This document shows positions 32,450 to 52,105 of a DNA stretch of 64,000 nucleotides, in pieces; position 1 is the first letter of the stretch, and each line of letters opens with the position of its first letter. The DNA lies in the NCBI RefSeq assembly GCF_009914755.1, contig NC_060946.1, one strand, 5' to 3'. Origin of the DNA: the human T2T-CHM13v2.0 reference genome, Homo sapiens. Position numbers and translations under genes: made by a program. The notes below the pieces were generated by a model that saw only the letters and a list, made by a program, of their open reading frames with translations, did no database searches and was not told where the DNA came from.

Positions 32450-32705
32450 CTGGCCAGAGAGAAGCGCATTTGGAAAAATGAGGGCACAGAATGAAGGAGA
32501 AAAGTCCAGGCCTGAGAAACAAAGCCCAAGCTCCACTCTGCACTAGAGACAGGGGCACTGGTGTCTGCCACGAGCCAGCAGGGCCACAGTTCCACACACC
32601 TCCATCGACTGCACAAGCGCTCACCACCAAAAGTATGCTGCTGTGCTTGGCACTATACACACTAACCCAAGGAGCTTCCTGCTATAAAGCTGGTTTGGAG
32701 TAGGA

Positions 32706-32928
32706 CAGTGGTGCTCAACAGGCCGGGGGCAGTGTCCGGAGACGTTTTCCGGTTGTTCTGACTAGGGGAGAGTGCCACTGACGTCTAGTGGGTAGAGTCC
32801 AGGGATGCTGCTCAACATGCTGCACTGCACAGGTCAGCCCCCCTTGCCCCCAACAAAACAAATGACCTGGCCCAATAGCGCCACTGTTTTTTTTTTTTTT
32901 AAAATAGTGCCACTATTGAGAAACCCTG
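32706..32928 (+). mobile_element. MER20 (hAT-Charlie) DNA transposon
   Basis: Terminal inverted repeats CAGTGGTGCTCAAC ... TTGAGAAACCCTG and internal TCTAGTGGGTAGAGTCCAGGGATGCTGCT typical of MER20. Confidence 0.8.
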
Positions 32929-33697
32929 GTAAAAGGTAAAGAGGAACAGGGTGGAAGCCACATTGCCTTAGCCAAGTCACAACCTCCTTGAGGTTCAAAT
33001 TTTTAGTTAGTAAAATGAGGATAATAATATCTAATCTGCCTGGGCTGTTGTGAAAGCTGGGAATTATTATTAGTTAGTTTATTAAGAGAGATCAGGCCGG
33101 GCATGGTGGCTTATGCCTGTAATCCCAGCACTTTGGGAGGCTGAGGCAGGACGGCTTGAGCCCAAGGAGCTCGACACCAGCCTGAGCAACATAGGGAGAC
33201 CCTGTCCCTGCAAAAAATAAAATACAAATTAGCCAGGCATGGTGGTGCCTGCCTGTAGTCCCAGATGCTTGGGAGGCTGACACGGAAGGATCACTTGTGA
33301 CCAGCAGGTTGAGGCTGCAGCTGTAGTAAGCTATGATTGCTCCACTGCACACCAGCCTGGTGACAGAGCAAGACCCTGTCTCAAAACAAGAACAACAAAA
33401 AAGAACCATCAGAGACATGGGCTACTGTACTACATGAATTTCAGTGACATAATTGTCATAAGTCAAGTGTTACTGTCCCCACTTAGAGCTGGAGAACCTG
33501 ACACAGCCAATGCAGATGAACGAAAACCTATGACTCCTGATTCAGTGTGGCTCAAGAGCATGGAGAGAGGGCAGGCAGTGCCAATGATAATAAGAGTGGC
33601 CTGAGGGCTGGTCGCTGTGGCTCGCACCTGTAGTTCCGGCACTTTGGGAGGCCAAGGCAGGCAGATCACTTGAGCTCAGGAGTTCGAGACCAGACTA

Positions 33698-33895
<198 letters not shown>

Positions 33896-34910
33896 CTACA
33901 AAGCCACACATAAGAATGGCCTGAAACTACCAGACCCCCGACACCCTGGTCCTGCTTCCTGGGCAGAGAGAAGAGATGACCAGACTGAGAAGAGATTAAG
34001 GGACCTGCACAGTGTTTCACAGGTCAACAGAGAGGTCTAAGGAGCAAATCCTGACATATCTTCATTCACTTAGCACTTCTATGTACTGGACTTTTAGCTC
34101 CCTTACACAAGAACAGGAGGACAAATACATAAACAGCCTGTGACATCAGGTACTTAGGAGGCTAAGGCAGGAGGACTGCTTGAGATCAGGAGTTAGAGGC
34201 TGCAGTGAGCTATGGTTGCATCACTGCACTCAAGGCTGGAAGACAGAGGAAAACTCTGTCTCTTAAAAAACAAATGAACAAGAGCCTGTGACAAGAAGTA
34301 GAAGAAAACATACAAGAAAAGGGAGGAGAGCACGCAGACATCCTCCCACAGAGACATTCAAAACTATGTAAAATGTCAAGGGAAAAAAGTAGGCCAGGCA
34401 CAGTGGCTAATGCCTGTAAGTAATCCCAGCACTGTAGGAGGCTGAAGCTGGAGGATCACTTGAGTCAGGAGTTCCAGACCAGCCCTGGCAACATAGCGAG
34501 ACCCCATCTCTACAAAAACTTCTAAAATTAGCTGGGCATGATGGTGTGAGCCTGTAGTCCCAGTTAGTCTGGAGACTGAAGCGGGAGGATCACTTGAGGC
34601 CAAGAGGCTGAGGCTGCAGTGAGCTACGACTGCACCACTGCACTGCAGCTGGGGTGACAGAGCAAGATACTGCCTCAAAAAAGAAAAAGAAAAAGAAAAC
34701 ACAAAAGTGTAACTATGCTATAATTCTGCACTTTTTTTTTTTTTTTTTGACACAGAGTCTCATTCTCTAACCCAAGCTGGAGTGCAGTGGCACAATCTCG
34801 GCTCACTGCAACCTCTGCCTCCTGGTTCAAGTGATTCTTGTGCCTCAGCCTCCCAAGTAGCTAAGATTACAGGTGCACGCCACCACACCCAGATAATTTT
34901 TGAATTTTTA

Positions 34911-35045
<135 letters not shown>

Positions 35046-35149
35046 TTATGTACACATAAAATGATACATGTAATAAAATTGTTTCATAAAATGTGAAATT
35101 ATGAAACTTTCCTTAATAATGTTATAACGCTTAAAAAAAAAGCACTGCA

Positions 35150-35300
35150 GTGAAATTCACATAAAATATAATTAACCACTTTAATGTGTATAATTCAGTG
35201 GTATTTGGGGTATTCATAATGTTGTACAACCACCAACTCTCTCTAGTTTCAAACACTCCATGTCCACTATGTAGGCACTCTCCATTTCTCCCTCTCCAGT
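35150..35300 (-). mobile_element. L1M 3' fragment
   Basis: GTGAAATTCACATAA...TAATTCAGTGGTATT...TTGTACAACCACCA is the reverse complement of an L1M 3' terminus. Confidence 0.6.
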
Positions 35301-35832
35301 CCCAATAACCTCTCGTGTTTCTATACTAGATTCTTTTTTGTTTGTTTTGGACAGGGTCTTGCTCTGTCACCCATGCCGCAGTGCAGTGGCACAATCGTGG
35401 CTCACTGCAGCCTCAGACTCAGGGGCTCAAGTGATCTTCCCTCAGCCTCCTGAGTAGCTGGAATTACAGATGCATGCCACTAAGTGCAGCTAATTTTGTG
35501 TATGTGTGTGTGTGTGACAGGGTGTCACTCTGTCACCCAGGCTGGAATGCAGTGGCACGATCACAGCTCACTGCAGCTTTGACCTCCTGGGTTCAGGTAA
35601 TCCTCCCACCTCATCCTCCCAAGTACTCGAGCTGGGACTACAGGCGCACACCAACATGCCTGGCTAATTTTTGTATTTTCGGTAGAGATGGGGTTTTCAC
35701 CATGTTGCCCAGGGTGGTCTAAAACTCCTGGGCTCAAACATCTATCTGCCTCTGCCTCCCAAAGTGCTGGCATTACAGGTGTGAATCACTGCACCCAACG
35801 TAATTTTTGTTTTTTGTTGGGGGCAGAGATGA

Positions 35833-36069
<237 letters not shown>

Positions 36070-36313
36070 TAGCGGGTTAGACAGTTCAGCAAGCAGATTT
36101 CATGAGATTACAAAAATAAGGGAAATCCCTAATGAATCCTTCAGTCTTGAAAAGGAATCACAGCAAAGCCCTGTCCTCATGTGCCAATGTCACCCCTGTC
36201 CATGTGCTCCCTTCCCATCACCTGAGTGGGTCCAGTATCATTTTTGGCAGTGTCCCTTACCCCTAATGAGCCCAAGACCACAGCCTTGCATAAAACCAAA
36301 CTCCTTCCTGTAC

Positions 36314-36401
36314 CTTCAGCAAATTCCATGGCTCCGGCAAACACTAGGGCTGCAAACTCTCCCACACTGAATCCAGCAGCAGCAACACAGTTCTCAATCA
36401 C
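36314..36401 (-). CDS. MCAT: MCAT exon 2 (VIENCVAAAGFSVGEF...), includes catalytic Ser153
   Basis: Acceptor ccccacag, donor AAG|GTACAG; 88 nt; GxSxG nucleophile motif GFSVG. Confidence 0.96.
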
Positions 36402-36642
36402 CTGTGGGGACAGATGCAGAACGTGAGCCCTCACTCTCCTGGGGATCCCAGTTCCAGGGCTCTGTACCTGAGAGCTGGCGGGGTGTTCAGCATCTCAGTG
36501 AGCCAGGTTCTACGAACTTGGTGCACCAGCTGGAAGAGGACACACAAAAGTGACCTTGACAATCATTGAGTCCTGCCCCTTTATTTAGGAGGAGCTTTCC
36601 TGGTTAGTTACAGTCCATCAACTCCGTCCATGGTCACACTGA

Positions 36643-36958
<316 letters not shown>

Positions 36959-37431
36959 TGATGCACCCACCTCAGCCTCCTGAAGTGCTGGATTATAGGC
37001 ATTATAGGCGTGAGCCACCTCGCCCGGCCAAGAGCATTTTTATCTCATCTGTGAAATGAGGGAAGAACAGGGCCTACCCCAAAGGGCGGATGAGAGAATT
37101 ATGTGAATATAATGTCTATACAGTGCTTAGCACAGACCCAGACTAGGGTAAGCAGTGAATGAATATTATGATGACGATTCAACAGGACCACTTAACTAAT
37201 TCTTTTAATATCCCTGAGTCTGCATTCCTCAACCATCAAATAACAGTATTAACCTCACAAGGTGGTGTGAAGGTGAAATAGGGTAAAGGATCTCAAGTGC
37301 TAGCTTAACATTTACCGTCTTATTAAATATTAATAGCAATCAATCCACCACCTTCAAGTGAAGTGACATTCTCAACTCATCTCAATGTTCCTTCATTTAG
37401 GCCAGTGCAGTGGCTCATACCTGTAATCCTA

Positions 37432-37724
<293 letters not shown>

Positions 37725-38079
37725 TCAGGAGATCAAGACCATCCTGACTAACACGATGAAACCCCGTCTCTACTAAAAATACAAAAAATTAGCCGGGCAT
37801 GGTGGCGGGCGCCTGTAGTCCCAGCTACTTGGGAGGCTGAGGCAGGAGAATGGCGTGAACTCGGGAGGCGGAGCCGAGATCGCGCCACTGCACTCTAGCC
37901 TGGGCGACAGAGCGAGACTCCGTCTCAAAAAAAAAAAAACAAAAACAAACAAACAAAAAAACTCGATCGAATGAGTAAGACGTGGGAGCCCCCGGAATGG
38001 CAGGCGGAAGCCTCTGGCAGGGCCAAGAGCTCAGGCAGAGCTCACCTTCCCCCTCCTGTCACGGGGCCTCGGGCCTCAC

Positions 38080-38502
38080 CGAGGGCTGCAGGTGATGTAG
38101 TTTCTCGACAGCGGCCAGCGATGCCACGAAGATCGCGGGCTGACAGTGCACGGTGCGGTCCAGGGTCTCCTGCGGCCCGTGCAGGCTCAGTTCCAGCAGG
38201 TCGTAGCCCAGCACGCGGCGGGCGGCGGCGTAGAGTTCGCGGACGCGCGGGTAGTTGAGCAGACCGCGGCCCATGCCCACCACCTGGCTGCCCTGGCCCG
38301 GGAAGAGCAGCACGGAGCACTGGCCCGGCATTCGCCGCTCCGTCGCCGCCCAGGGCGCCTCCTCCTCCGCCCCGGTCGCATCTCGCAGCAGCTCCGCTAC
38401 ACCCTGGGCGCCCGGCGGAGGCACCGGGAAGCTCGAGGCGCCGCGGCGGTAGCTGGCGCCCAAGCCCCTGACCCACGCTACCCGTGCGACCCGGACGCTC
38501 AT
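38080..38502 (-). CDS. MCAT: MCAT exon 1, mitochondrial malonyl-CoA:ACP transacylase N-terminus
   Basis: ATG at 38502; Arg-rich presequence; FPGQGSQ and QPAIF FabD motifs; donor TCG|GTGAGG; total 423+88+218+444 = 1173 nt = 390 aa. Confidence 0.97.
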
Positions 38503-38740
38503 GGTCGGACACCTGCCCGCGCGCGTTACCGTGGCGACCGAGGCCCGACTGCGGCGGCGCGGCGCAGCGTGGTCCCTGACGCATTTCCTGCCGGGGCTTC
38601 CGGGGCACCGGGAGCGGGAAGAAAGGTTCCGCAGACGCTGGTTCCGCCCCGGCTCTGAGGCCCTTCGGGCTGCGTTCTGGGGTCCTGGAGGGACTCATGC
38701 GTTTACTTAAACAGCCATAGCCGTTGAACGGAACACGATG
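38503..38740 (-). promoter_or_regulatory. MCAT: MCAT CpG-island promoter and 5' UTR with ETS/GABP-type sites
   Basis: CpG-rich; ATTTCCTG (38583-38590), CTTCCGG (38597-38603) and a GC box near 38644, typical of housekeeping mitochondrial genes. Confidence 0.7.
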
Positions 38741-38837
38741 CCACACCACAGTGGGTCCTCAACAGATATTTATGGAATAAATAACGCAACGCAATGTAAT
38801 ATTTACGCTTTCTACCTGGCACATGAAGAGCACTTGA

Positions 38838-39104
<267 letters not shown>

Positions 39105-39112
39105 TGACCTCA

Positions 39113-39253
<141 letters not shown>

Positions 39254-39482
39254 CTATACAACAGCTCTCTTTTATGTTTTCTTACAAACCACACAGTGCT
39301 TGGCACATAATAAGCATCCAATAGATCTTTATGCTATTGAACAAAGCCTTGAATGTGTTTCAGATATTAGCTTATTTAATTCCTCACAGCAACGCTGTGA
39401 TGGATAGCTGCTCAGAGATTGAGTGACAGGTGGTTAGTGACAGAATGGAGGTTGGAAATTGGGGTTATCTAATGTTAACCTA

Positions 39483-43300
<3,818 letters not shown>

Positions 43301-45009
43301 CATGGTGTGTGTACTGGACCTGTGCAGCCTGTCCAGCGGGGAGCAGCGTGACTTGAGATGTGTTGAGAGCTGGCATTACCAACATCCCTACTGCCATGCT
43401 GCTCATTTAGGTACAGAATGCCCCACAAGCCTGGCCCAGATTCTTTTTTTTTTTTTGAGACAGAGTCTCACTCTGTTGCCCAGGCTGGAGTGCAGTGGCA
43501 TGATCTCGGCTCACTGCAACCTCCACCTCCCGGGTTCAAGCATTCTCCTGCCTCAGCCTCCCGAGTAGCTGGGATTACAGGTGCCCGCCACCACACCCTG
43601 CTATTTTTTTGTATTTTTAGTAGAGACGGGGTTTCACCGTGTTAGCCAGGATTGTCTTGATCTCCTGACCTCGTGATCCGCCCACCTCGGCCTCCCAAAG
43701 TGCTGAGATTACAGGCTTGAGCCATTGCACCTGACGCTGGCCCAGATTCTTGCCTGCACCTGACTGGTCCCTATCACAGGCTGAGGAAGCCCTGTTCTCG
43801 CCCTGCTGCCTGGGTCTGCTGAGGACACATGGCTCACCTGACAGGCCTCACCTTGCTCCTGAGGTCTGAGCACCCTACTCCTCAGGGCACTGTGAGCTCA
43901 GAAGCAAGAGACAGAACAGCTCATGCCCCTGACCATTTCCTGCTGAATGCGCATGCCACAGCTGTGCTCAATGTCCTCACAGGGGAGCCCCACCCACAAC
44001 CATGCCCTCTGCCTGCCCCAGAGGGGCCTCTTGTCAGTGCCCACAGAGGCCGGGCCCAGCCTGTACCCCAGGCGCTCAGCTGAGTTTATCTTCCCGGGAG
44101 TCTTCTGGCCTGGCCATGGTGCCTGTTCTGCCCCAGCTGGGGGTGTGCTGCCTCTCTGCACACATAGTACTCAGGGAAACACACCCGGGTGGGATTCATA
44201 AAACCCTAAAGGAAAGCAAGGGCGTGATCAACCCAAGTCAAAGTAAAGGTGATCTCTGGGGAGGGGAGGAATCGCTGGGGAGGTCACCAGGGCGCTCCTA
44301 GGACTCTCGTAATGTTCTGGTCATAACTGGGGAATGGGCACACCTGGTATTATTGTTGTAATGTGTACACGTGTGTGGTTTTTTTTTTTTTTTTTTAAAT
44401 TGAGTTTTGCTTTATCACCCAGGCTGGAGTGCAGAGGTGTGATCACGACTCACTGCAGCCTCCACCTCCCGGGTTAAAGTGATTCTCATGCTTCAGCCTC
44501 CCGAGTAGCTGGGATTAAAGGTGCCCGCCACAACGCCCAGCTAATTTTTGTATTTTTAGTAGAGATGGGGTTTCACCGTGTTGGCCAGGTTGGTCTCCAA
44601 CTCCTGACCTGAAGTGATCTGCCTGCCTCGGCCTCCCGAAGTGCTAGGATTACAGGCGTGAGCCACTGCAACCAGCCACATGTGTGTCTTATTTTTATTT
44701 TATTTTATTTTTTGTTTTGTTTTTTTGAGAAAGAGTCTCACTGTGTCACCCAAGCTGGAGTGCAATGGCGTGATCTTGGCTCACTGAAACCTCCACCTCC
44801 CGGTTCAAGCGATTCTCCTGTGTCAGCCTCCTGAGTAGCTGGGATTACAGGCGCCTGCCACCATGCCCAGCTAATTTTTGTATTTTTAGTAGAGACTGGG
44901 TTTCACCATGTTGGTTAGGCTGGTGGCGAACTGCTGACCTCAGGTGATCCACCGGCCTCGGCCTCACAAAGTGCTGGGATTACAGGTGTGAGCCACCACG
45001 CCCGGCTAA

Positions 45010-45296
<287 letters not shown>

Positions 45297-45441
45297 TGAG
45301 CCACCGTGCCTGGCCAGAAGGAATTTTAAAAAAGAAAAAAAAAAAAAAACAAAGCTGCCAGGTGCGGTGGCTCACGCCTGTAATCCTAGCACTTTAGGAG
45401 GCCGAGGCAGTGGATCACTTCAGGTCAGGAGTTCGAGACTA

Positions 45442-45636
<195 letters not shown>

Positions 45637-46399
45637 TCAAAAAAAAAAAAAAAGAAACCCAGAAGAAAAAGATGAATGAAGAATGGAACCAAGCCTGGGT
45701 TATCCTTGTCTTCAGGCCAACACAGTAAAAAATAGATTTATGTATGTTTGTTTTTTAATAGAGGAAGAGGCTCACAAAGGCAAAAATGCCAGGTCCTAGG
45801 AAAGCCATACTGCAGCCTGGCTGGTCCCCAAGGAGGCTCCTGGCTTCTGTGTCTGGGTAGAAGTAGCCACAGTTCTCCTTGGACCCTGCAGGATCAGTTT
45901 GGGCCAACGTGGCTGGTTCAGGCTGATGGGGCGTTGCCAGGCTGAGTTGTCTGGAGGGAGCTGGGACAGCCTTGAACTGCAGCAAGACAGCCATAGTGCC
46001 AAGGGCCTGGGGCTGGACACACCCTGCATGGGAGTGGACCTGGGCAGCTGGAGGCCACCTCTGGGCTGTGATGATGGCAGCCTCCCCTCACTGAGCGCCG
46101 AGCATCTGAGGGGTGTCCTGCCTGCATCACCGCGTTGCGGCCTCATCAGTCCCACGACTTTGTGCCCATTTTACAGATGAGGAGATGGAGGCCCAGAGAG
46201 CCAGTCAGAAAGTGGCTGGGCCAGGACTAAGAGTGCAGCGCGCTGCCTCCGTGCCCTGCGTCAACAGCTCAAGGAACTGGGGTGCTCCGGAAATGGGGCC
46301 AAGGCTGCTGGGCAGCAGGACGCTCAGGGCCTTGGCCTCAGGAGAGGTAATTCCCCACTCGGAGATCGGTCTTGTTGCTGCATTTTATAGATGGGAAAA

Positions 46400-47300
46400 G
46401 TGAGGCTAGAAGAGACGACAAACGACACGCCGTTGGACACACGGCAACGTTTTAGATGTTGGGTCTGGCCGGGCGGCCGTCACCGGTCACCATGGGGAGG
46501 AGGAGGAGCCGAGAGACTTGCTCGCGGCCGGGGGGAGGCAGAAGCGCGTCCCGCGGGAGAGGTGGCTTTGAGGAGTGAGCTCCCGGTCCCGCGGGGACGC
46601 GAGTGGGCCCAGTGCCCGGGCTGCCAGGCGGGGCGGGGCGGGGCCGGGCGACTGAGAGGGGCGGGGCCTGGCGGCTGGGAGGGGCGGGGCGGATGCGGGG
46701 ACAGCGGCCTGGCTAACTCCTGCCAGGCAGTGCCCTTCCCGGAGCGTGCCCTCGCCGCTGGTGAGTGAGGACGGGACGCGGAGGGGGCAGCGGGAAGTGG
46801 GGGCCCGCATGGCTGCGACTCTTGGCAGCGCCGCGGGACAGAGGGAAACTGAGGCCGGAGCCGCAGACTGGACACCCGAGGGGGCGACCCGGGGCAGCAC
46901 TTGGGGCTCGGCTACCGGGTCAGGGGGCGGCGGGCAGCAGAGTCTGGGCCTCCGCGGCCGGGGTTCCAGCGCGGGCCGCCTCCGGCTGGGGGTTCGGGAG
47001 GGAAAACTTGGACAACCCTGCCACGCCCAGCCCTTGGCCGCGTGGCTTCTCCTGCAGGAAGCGCGGTCCCAGGAGTGGCCGACGCTCCCTCTCCTGCCCA
47101 TTCCGCGGATGGGCAATCCCAGGCGGAACTCCCTTGAGGGTCTCAGAATATCTGGGAGACCTCGGGCTCTTGATCTCCGAGACACCCCGTTTCGTAGTGG
47201 AGAACAGTCCAGATCGGGGAAGTTTATTTTGCCCAAAGCCGGTTAGAGGCCCCCTGGCCCTCGATTCCCAGTGCGGGGCTCAGGTGCGTTGCAGCCTAGA
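46400..47300 (+). promoter_or_regulatory. TSPO: TSPO CpG-island promoter, TATA-less with tandem GC boxes
   Basis: Repeated GGGGCGGGG boxes at 46627-46692 directly upstream of exon 1; CpG-rich into intron 1. Confidence 0.85.
46715..46760 (+). other. TSPO: TSPO exon 1 (non-coding)
   Basis: Ends at consensus donor CTG|GTGAGT (46761). Start approximate. Confidence 0.8.
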
Positions 47301-48150
47301 CGGGTCTTACTGTGAGCCGAGCAGCCTCTGGGACCTGTCTGCTTCCCCTACCCCTTGCAAAGAAGCCGGAGCCCAGGTAGGAGAAGCGGGGGCTTCCTGC
47401 TGTGAACGCGCTGCTGGCCAGGGCAGCTGCCAGAGGCCATGGCCTGGCGTGGGCCTGGAGCCCCTCTGGCCAGCCTGCCAGGGGCCAGGGCTACGGGATA
47501 CCAGCAGCGTGCCCTGGGCTGGATGGCAGGAGAGACAGGACTTGAGGCTGTCCCAGAATGGGCTCAGGCAGGGCGAGGATATCAGGGGAGGTGGTGTACA
47601 GGAAGCAGCCGCCCAGCTTGCCTGGCACACAGCAAGCCCTGCCCATGAAGGCCTACTGCCAGAACAGTGGGCGAGGCCCGGCGTCTCTGTGGAGTCGGTG
47701 GGGCCCGGGACAGGGCAGCCTGAGGCAGGTTTCCACTGGCGGTGAAAGGGGCCGTGTGGCAAGGACAGCAGAGCCAGCCTCAGCCCAGCAGGGGAAGGCG
47801 GCCCCTGAGTCTCCACCTGGCTGCTGGCAGCCCCACAGGGAGGTTCGGCGAAACTGAGGCTTGCCAAAGAAGCCTTTGTCCAGAGTCACGCAGCTGGCGC
47901 GGTGGAGCCAGGGCCAGAACCCGTGCAGGCTGATCCCAGCCTGCCTTCTCCACTGTGCCCCGAGGACCACTTTCTTTCCTGGGAGTGTGTGTGTGCACAT
48001 GTGCTGTGTCCTGTCGTCTGTACACACTTGTGCCTGGCGTGAGGCAGGATGTCTGGCTGGATCTACCAGAAAGTATTCACAGCGGGTTCTCCAGCTGGGG
48101 TGAGGGGCTTGGGCTCGCAGGGAGGGAGCCTACTTTTCACTTTAGCTTGC

Positions 48151-48331
48151 TTTCTTCCTTTCTTCCGTCCTTCCTTCCTCCCTCCCTCCCCTCCCCTTCC
48201 CACCCCTTCTTTCTCTTTCTTCTTTCTCTTTCTTTCTTTCTTTCCTTCCTTCCTTCTTTCCTTTCTCTTTCTTTCTCTTTTTTTCTTTCTTCCCCTTCCT
48301 TCCTTCCTTTCTTGTTTTTGTTTGTTTGTTT
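48151..48331. repeat. Polypyrimidine (CCTT/CTTT) low-complexity tract
   Basis: About 160 nt almost purely C/T, then (TTTG)n, abutting an Alu tail. Confidence 0.9.
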
Positions 48332-49044
48332 GAGACAGGGTCTCACTCTGGTATGCAGGCTGGAGTGCAGTGATGCAATCATAGCTCACTGCAGTCTCCT
48401 GCAGAACTCCTGGACTCAAGCGATCCTCCCACCTCAGCCTCCCAAAGTGCTGGGATTACAGGCATGAGCCACTGTTCCTGGCTTATTTGTGTTTTCTTTA
48501 CTTTTGATGGTGCAAACAATGCTTGGATGTGCTCTCTGTTTAAAACGGTAGTCTTTTTTATTTTTTTTTTTAACCACTAGACCACTAGGGAAGTCATTCT
48601 TAATTTCTTATTTTTATTTATATATATATTTTTTGAGACGGTGTCTCGCTCCATTGCCCAGGCTGGAGTGCAGTGGCTCCAGCTGGGCTCACTGCAACCT
48701 CCGCCTCCAGAGTTGAAGTGATTCTCCTGCCTCAGCCTGGCTAATTTTTATATTTTTAGTAGAGATGGGTTTCACCATGTCGGCCAGGCTGTTTCTTTAT
48801 TTTTTACTAAAAAAAAGTTTAACCCCCGAACCTCGAAGGAAAGGGAAGTAGTCTTTCTTAACAGAACCAATTCCCCCTGGACACCCCACCCTCACCCTAC
48901 CCTCTCCCAGGCCACTCGATGGCCAGGTTCGCTGTGGATTTTTCCAGACCTGTGGGCTGTTTCACTGGTTACTTTCGTAATGAAAAATGCACACAAAGGT
49001 TACGATGAGGACGATTAGCCATGAATCATTTTTAAAAAGCCTGA

Positions 49045-49428
<384 letters not shown>

Positions 49429-51254
49429 TGATCTGCCTGCCTCAGCCTCCCAAAGTGCTGAGATTACAGGTGTGAGCCACCGTTCCTGGCCTTCTGGGTC
49501 ACCTATAGGGAGGTCTCCAAGAACAGAAAGACACCCTGAAACCCACTGGCTCGACCACCACCTCATAGATGGGGACACAGAGGCTCAGGAGATGAGATAC
49601 CTTGGGGCAGCGATGGGTCTGGGGTCTTCGGGCCAGGAGTGAAGCCTCACAAGACCTGGAGACCCTGGGTCCCACCCTCAGTGGGGAAGGGCTCAGATTC
49701 TGCAGGGCCCGATGCTCTGTGGGGGCTGGGATGTTGCCGCGGCAGGTGGAGAGAGTGATGCTACTGGCCCTGAGAGAACCTTCTGGCACCGTTCAGAGGT
49801 GGGGTGGAGTGGCCTGCGGGTCCAATCCTGGCGCTGCAGGCTCTATGAGCCCTGTTTCAGATGAGGAAGGAGGCTGAGATGGGCGGTGACACAACTCCTG
49901 GCAAGTGGTCACGCGGCCCAGAGCAGCCCGGCAGACACCCAGCTCAAAGGGAGGGGTGGGGTGGGTTTTGGAGTCACTCGGACCTAGAAAGTTCTGTGAC
50001 TTCTCATGTCTCAGTTTCCTCATCTGGAAAATGGGACCAGTCACGAGTCCACCATGGAGGCCGAGTGGGCCGTGTGGCTCAGGGAGAAGCAGCTGGTCCC
50101 CTGTGGCTGCTGTGGGGACTGAACAAGGCGGTGACCGTCGGGATGAGCACGGACTCCACCACGCAGGCCCCTGCCTACCAGAGGCCTGTGCACAACCAGA
50201 GCTGAGCAAGGCTTGGAACCTTCTCCTGCCTCTACATCCTGCGCCCTCTACCCTGCCCCGATCTTGCCCCTGTTTTGGGGGCGCTGCTCCGTGCAGGGCA
50301 TTTTCACCTGTGGAGTGTCCAGGGGCTCTCGTGGCTGATAGGGTCTCGTCACAGGTCCAAGCCTTGAGGCCCTGTCTTCCCCTGGAGGAAATGGGGCTAG
50401 TGGCCCCACACTGATACCCACAACCCCTCTCTTCTCTGGAGTTTTCAGGGAAACGTTGTTGTCCCACCCCTTCCTCCCTTGAGCTACCCCAGCCCCCCAA
50501 GAAGCAGACACAGCGGGTTTACCCACCTGACGTTGGAGGAAGCCAGGCCCAGAGACGAGCCTTGGATGGAGGCAGAGCCGAGGTCTGGATCCCGATTCGC
50601 TTTCTGAAGGAGACAAATAAAGGGTGTATAGGTGGCTTCACCCCTCTGCCTGAGCCTGAGTCCCGTCCCTGCCATGTGTGCCCCCTGGCCTGGCCCACCC
50701 CAGCTTTCCCTGGACTCATCCCAGAGCAGATATCTGGATCCTGCCTAGCCTGGCTCAGCATGACTCATCATGGTGGGTACCGCCCCTGCCCACCTGTTCC
50801 CCATTTGGGCAATTCAGGAGCTGGGCAGTTCCCCAGAGGCCCTAGGAAACTCCCCGCCCCCGACCAGGCTTTCTCCTTGTGGGGCATCTGACCGCCTGTT
50901 TTCTGGTGGGGCAGACCCTCTGAGCCCCTTGGCCCTGTGGGTCATAACCACAGCCAGGCCTGAGAAGGGGGCAGCCTGGGGTGGGAGTGTGAGCACGGGA
51001 CTCAGAACTGGCTTCAGACCCTGCTCTCTTGCTGTGGCCTTGGGAAAGCCACCATGCCTCTGTGACTTTTATTCGTTCCATACAACGGGGGACCTGGATG
51101 GTGGTCTCTAAGGCCCTGTCAGTGGGAACACTGGGTGAGTCCCATTGTGATTTCCTGGGGACCGAGTGTGTGCCTGGCCCTGGCTGGGTGCTGGAGCCAG
51201 GTGACAGAATCGTGGGGAGTTCTGCCACGTGCTACAAGGTGAGGACCTCTAGAA

Positions 51255-51522
51255 CATGGCGCTCAGTGAAGGAAGCCAGACACGAGGGCCACACACTGCG
51301 TGATTCCATTGATACCAAATGTCCAGGATGGGCAAGTCCCCAGAGAGAAGTCAGATTGCTGGCGGCCAGGGGTGGGAGGGAGGGGGAGGGGAACCACTGC
51401 TGATGGATACGGGGTTTCTTTTAGGGGTTGAAAATGCTTTGGAACTTGATACAGAGGGTGGTTGCACAACATTGGGAATATACAAATGCTGCTGAATGGT
51501 GCACTTTAAAACGGTTAATTTT
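51255..51522 (+). mobile_element. L1M (L1MB-like) 3' UTR fragment
   Basis: GCTCAGTGAAGGAAGCCAGACAC...GGGGTTTCTTTT...GGTTGCACAAC...CACTTTAAAACGGTTAATTTT. Confidence 0.7.
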
Positions 51523-52105
51523 AGGCTGGGCACGGTGGCTCACGCCTGCACTGGGGGTTTCCATTTGTGGCATGAACATCACTGAAAGCGCACCAGCTTC
51601 CATGTCGTATCAAGGGGTTCGGGATGTCCACGTGTCTTATGCTGGTGGTATTAACCTTGCTCGCCTGGACAGGGACACCTGTGAGTGAGAGCAGGCCATT
51701 AGTGTGGGGCAGGTGGGCCTCAACTGAGGGTGTCCTGGGAAAAGGCACGTACAGGCACCCTGGTCCGGCTCGTTTCCAGTGGAGGCTGAACGAGGCTCCT
51801 TATGGTTCCCCCACAATGTCACTCAGCTGTGGACTCACGCAGGCTCCAGCAGAGCAGCGGTTATGTCTTGGTTGCCCAGATGAGCAGTAGGCTGAGCTGG
51901 CCTGGGCTTACCTGAGAGGATGTAGTGGGAGGCTGAGCTGGGAGGTGGTCCCAGGGCTGTGGTCCAGAGCTCCATATCCACTTGGCGGTGGTGCAGGGCC
52001 AGTGCTCAGCAGTACCTCCTGCCCCAGGGAGGGTGGCCTTTCATATGTGTAGTGACATCAGACCCCCATCCCCACCCCATGAGCACGTGTACCCTGGAAG
52101 CTGGA

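Noticed and set aside
46487-47867. 326-aa and 249-aa ORFs at TSPO exon 1 and intron 1
   Set aside because: Same CpG-island artefact; no recognisable protein family.
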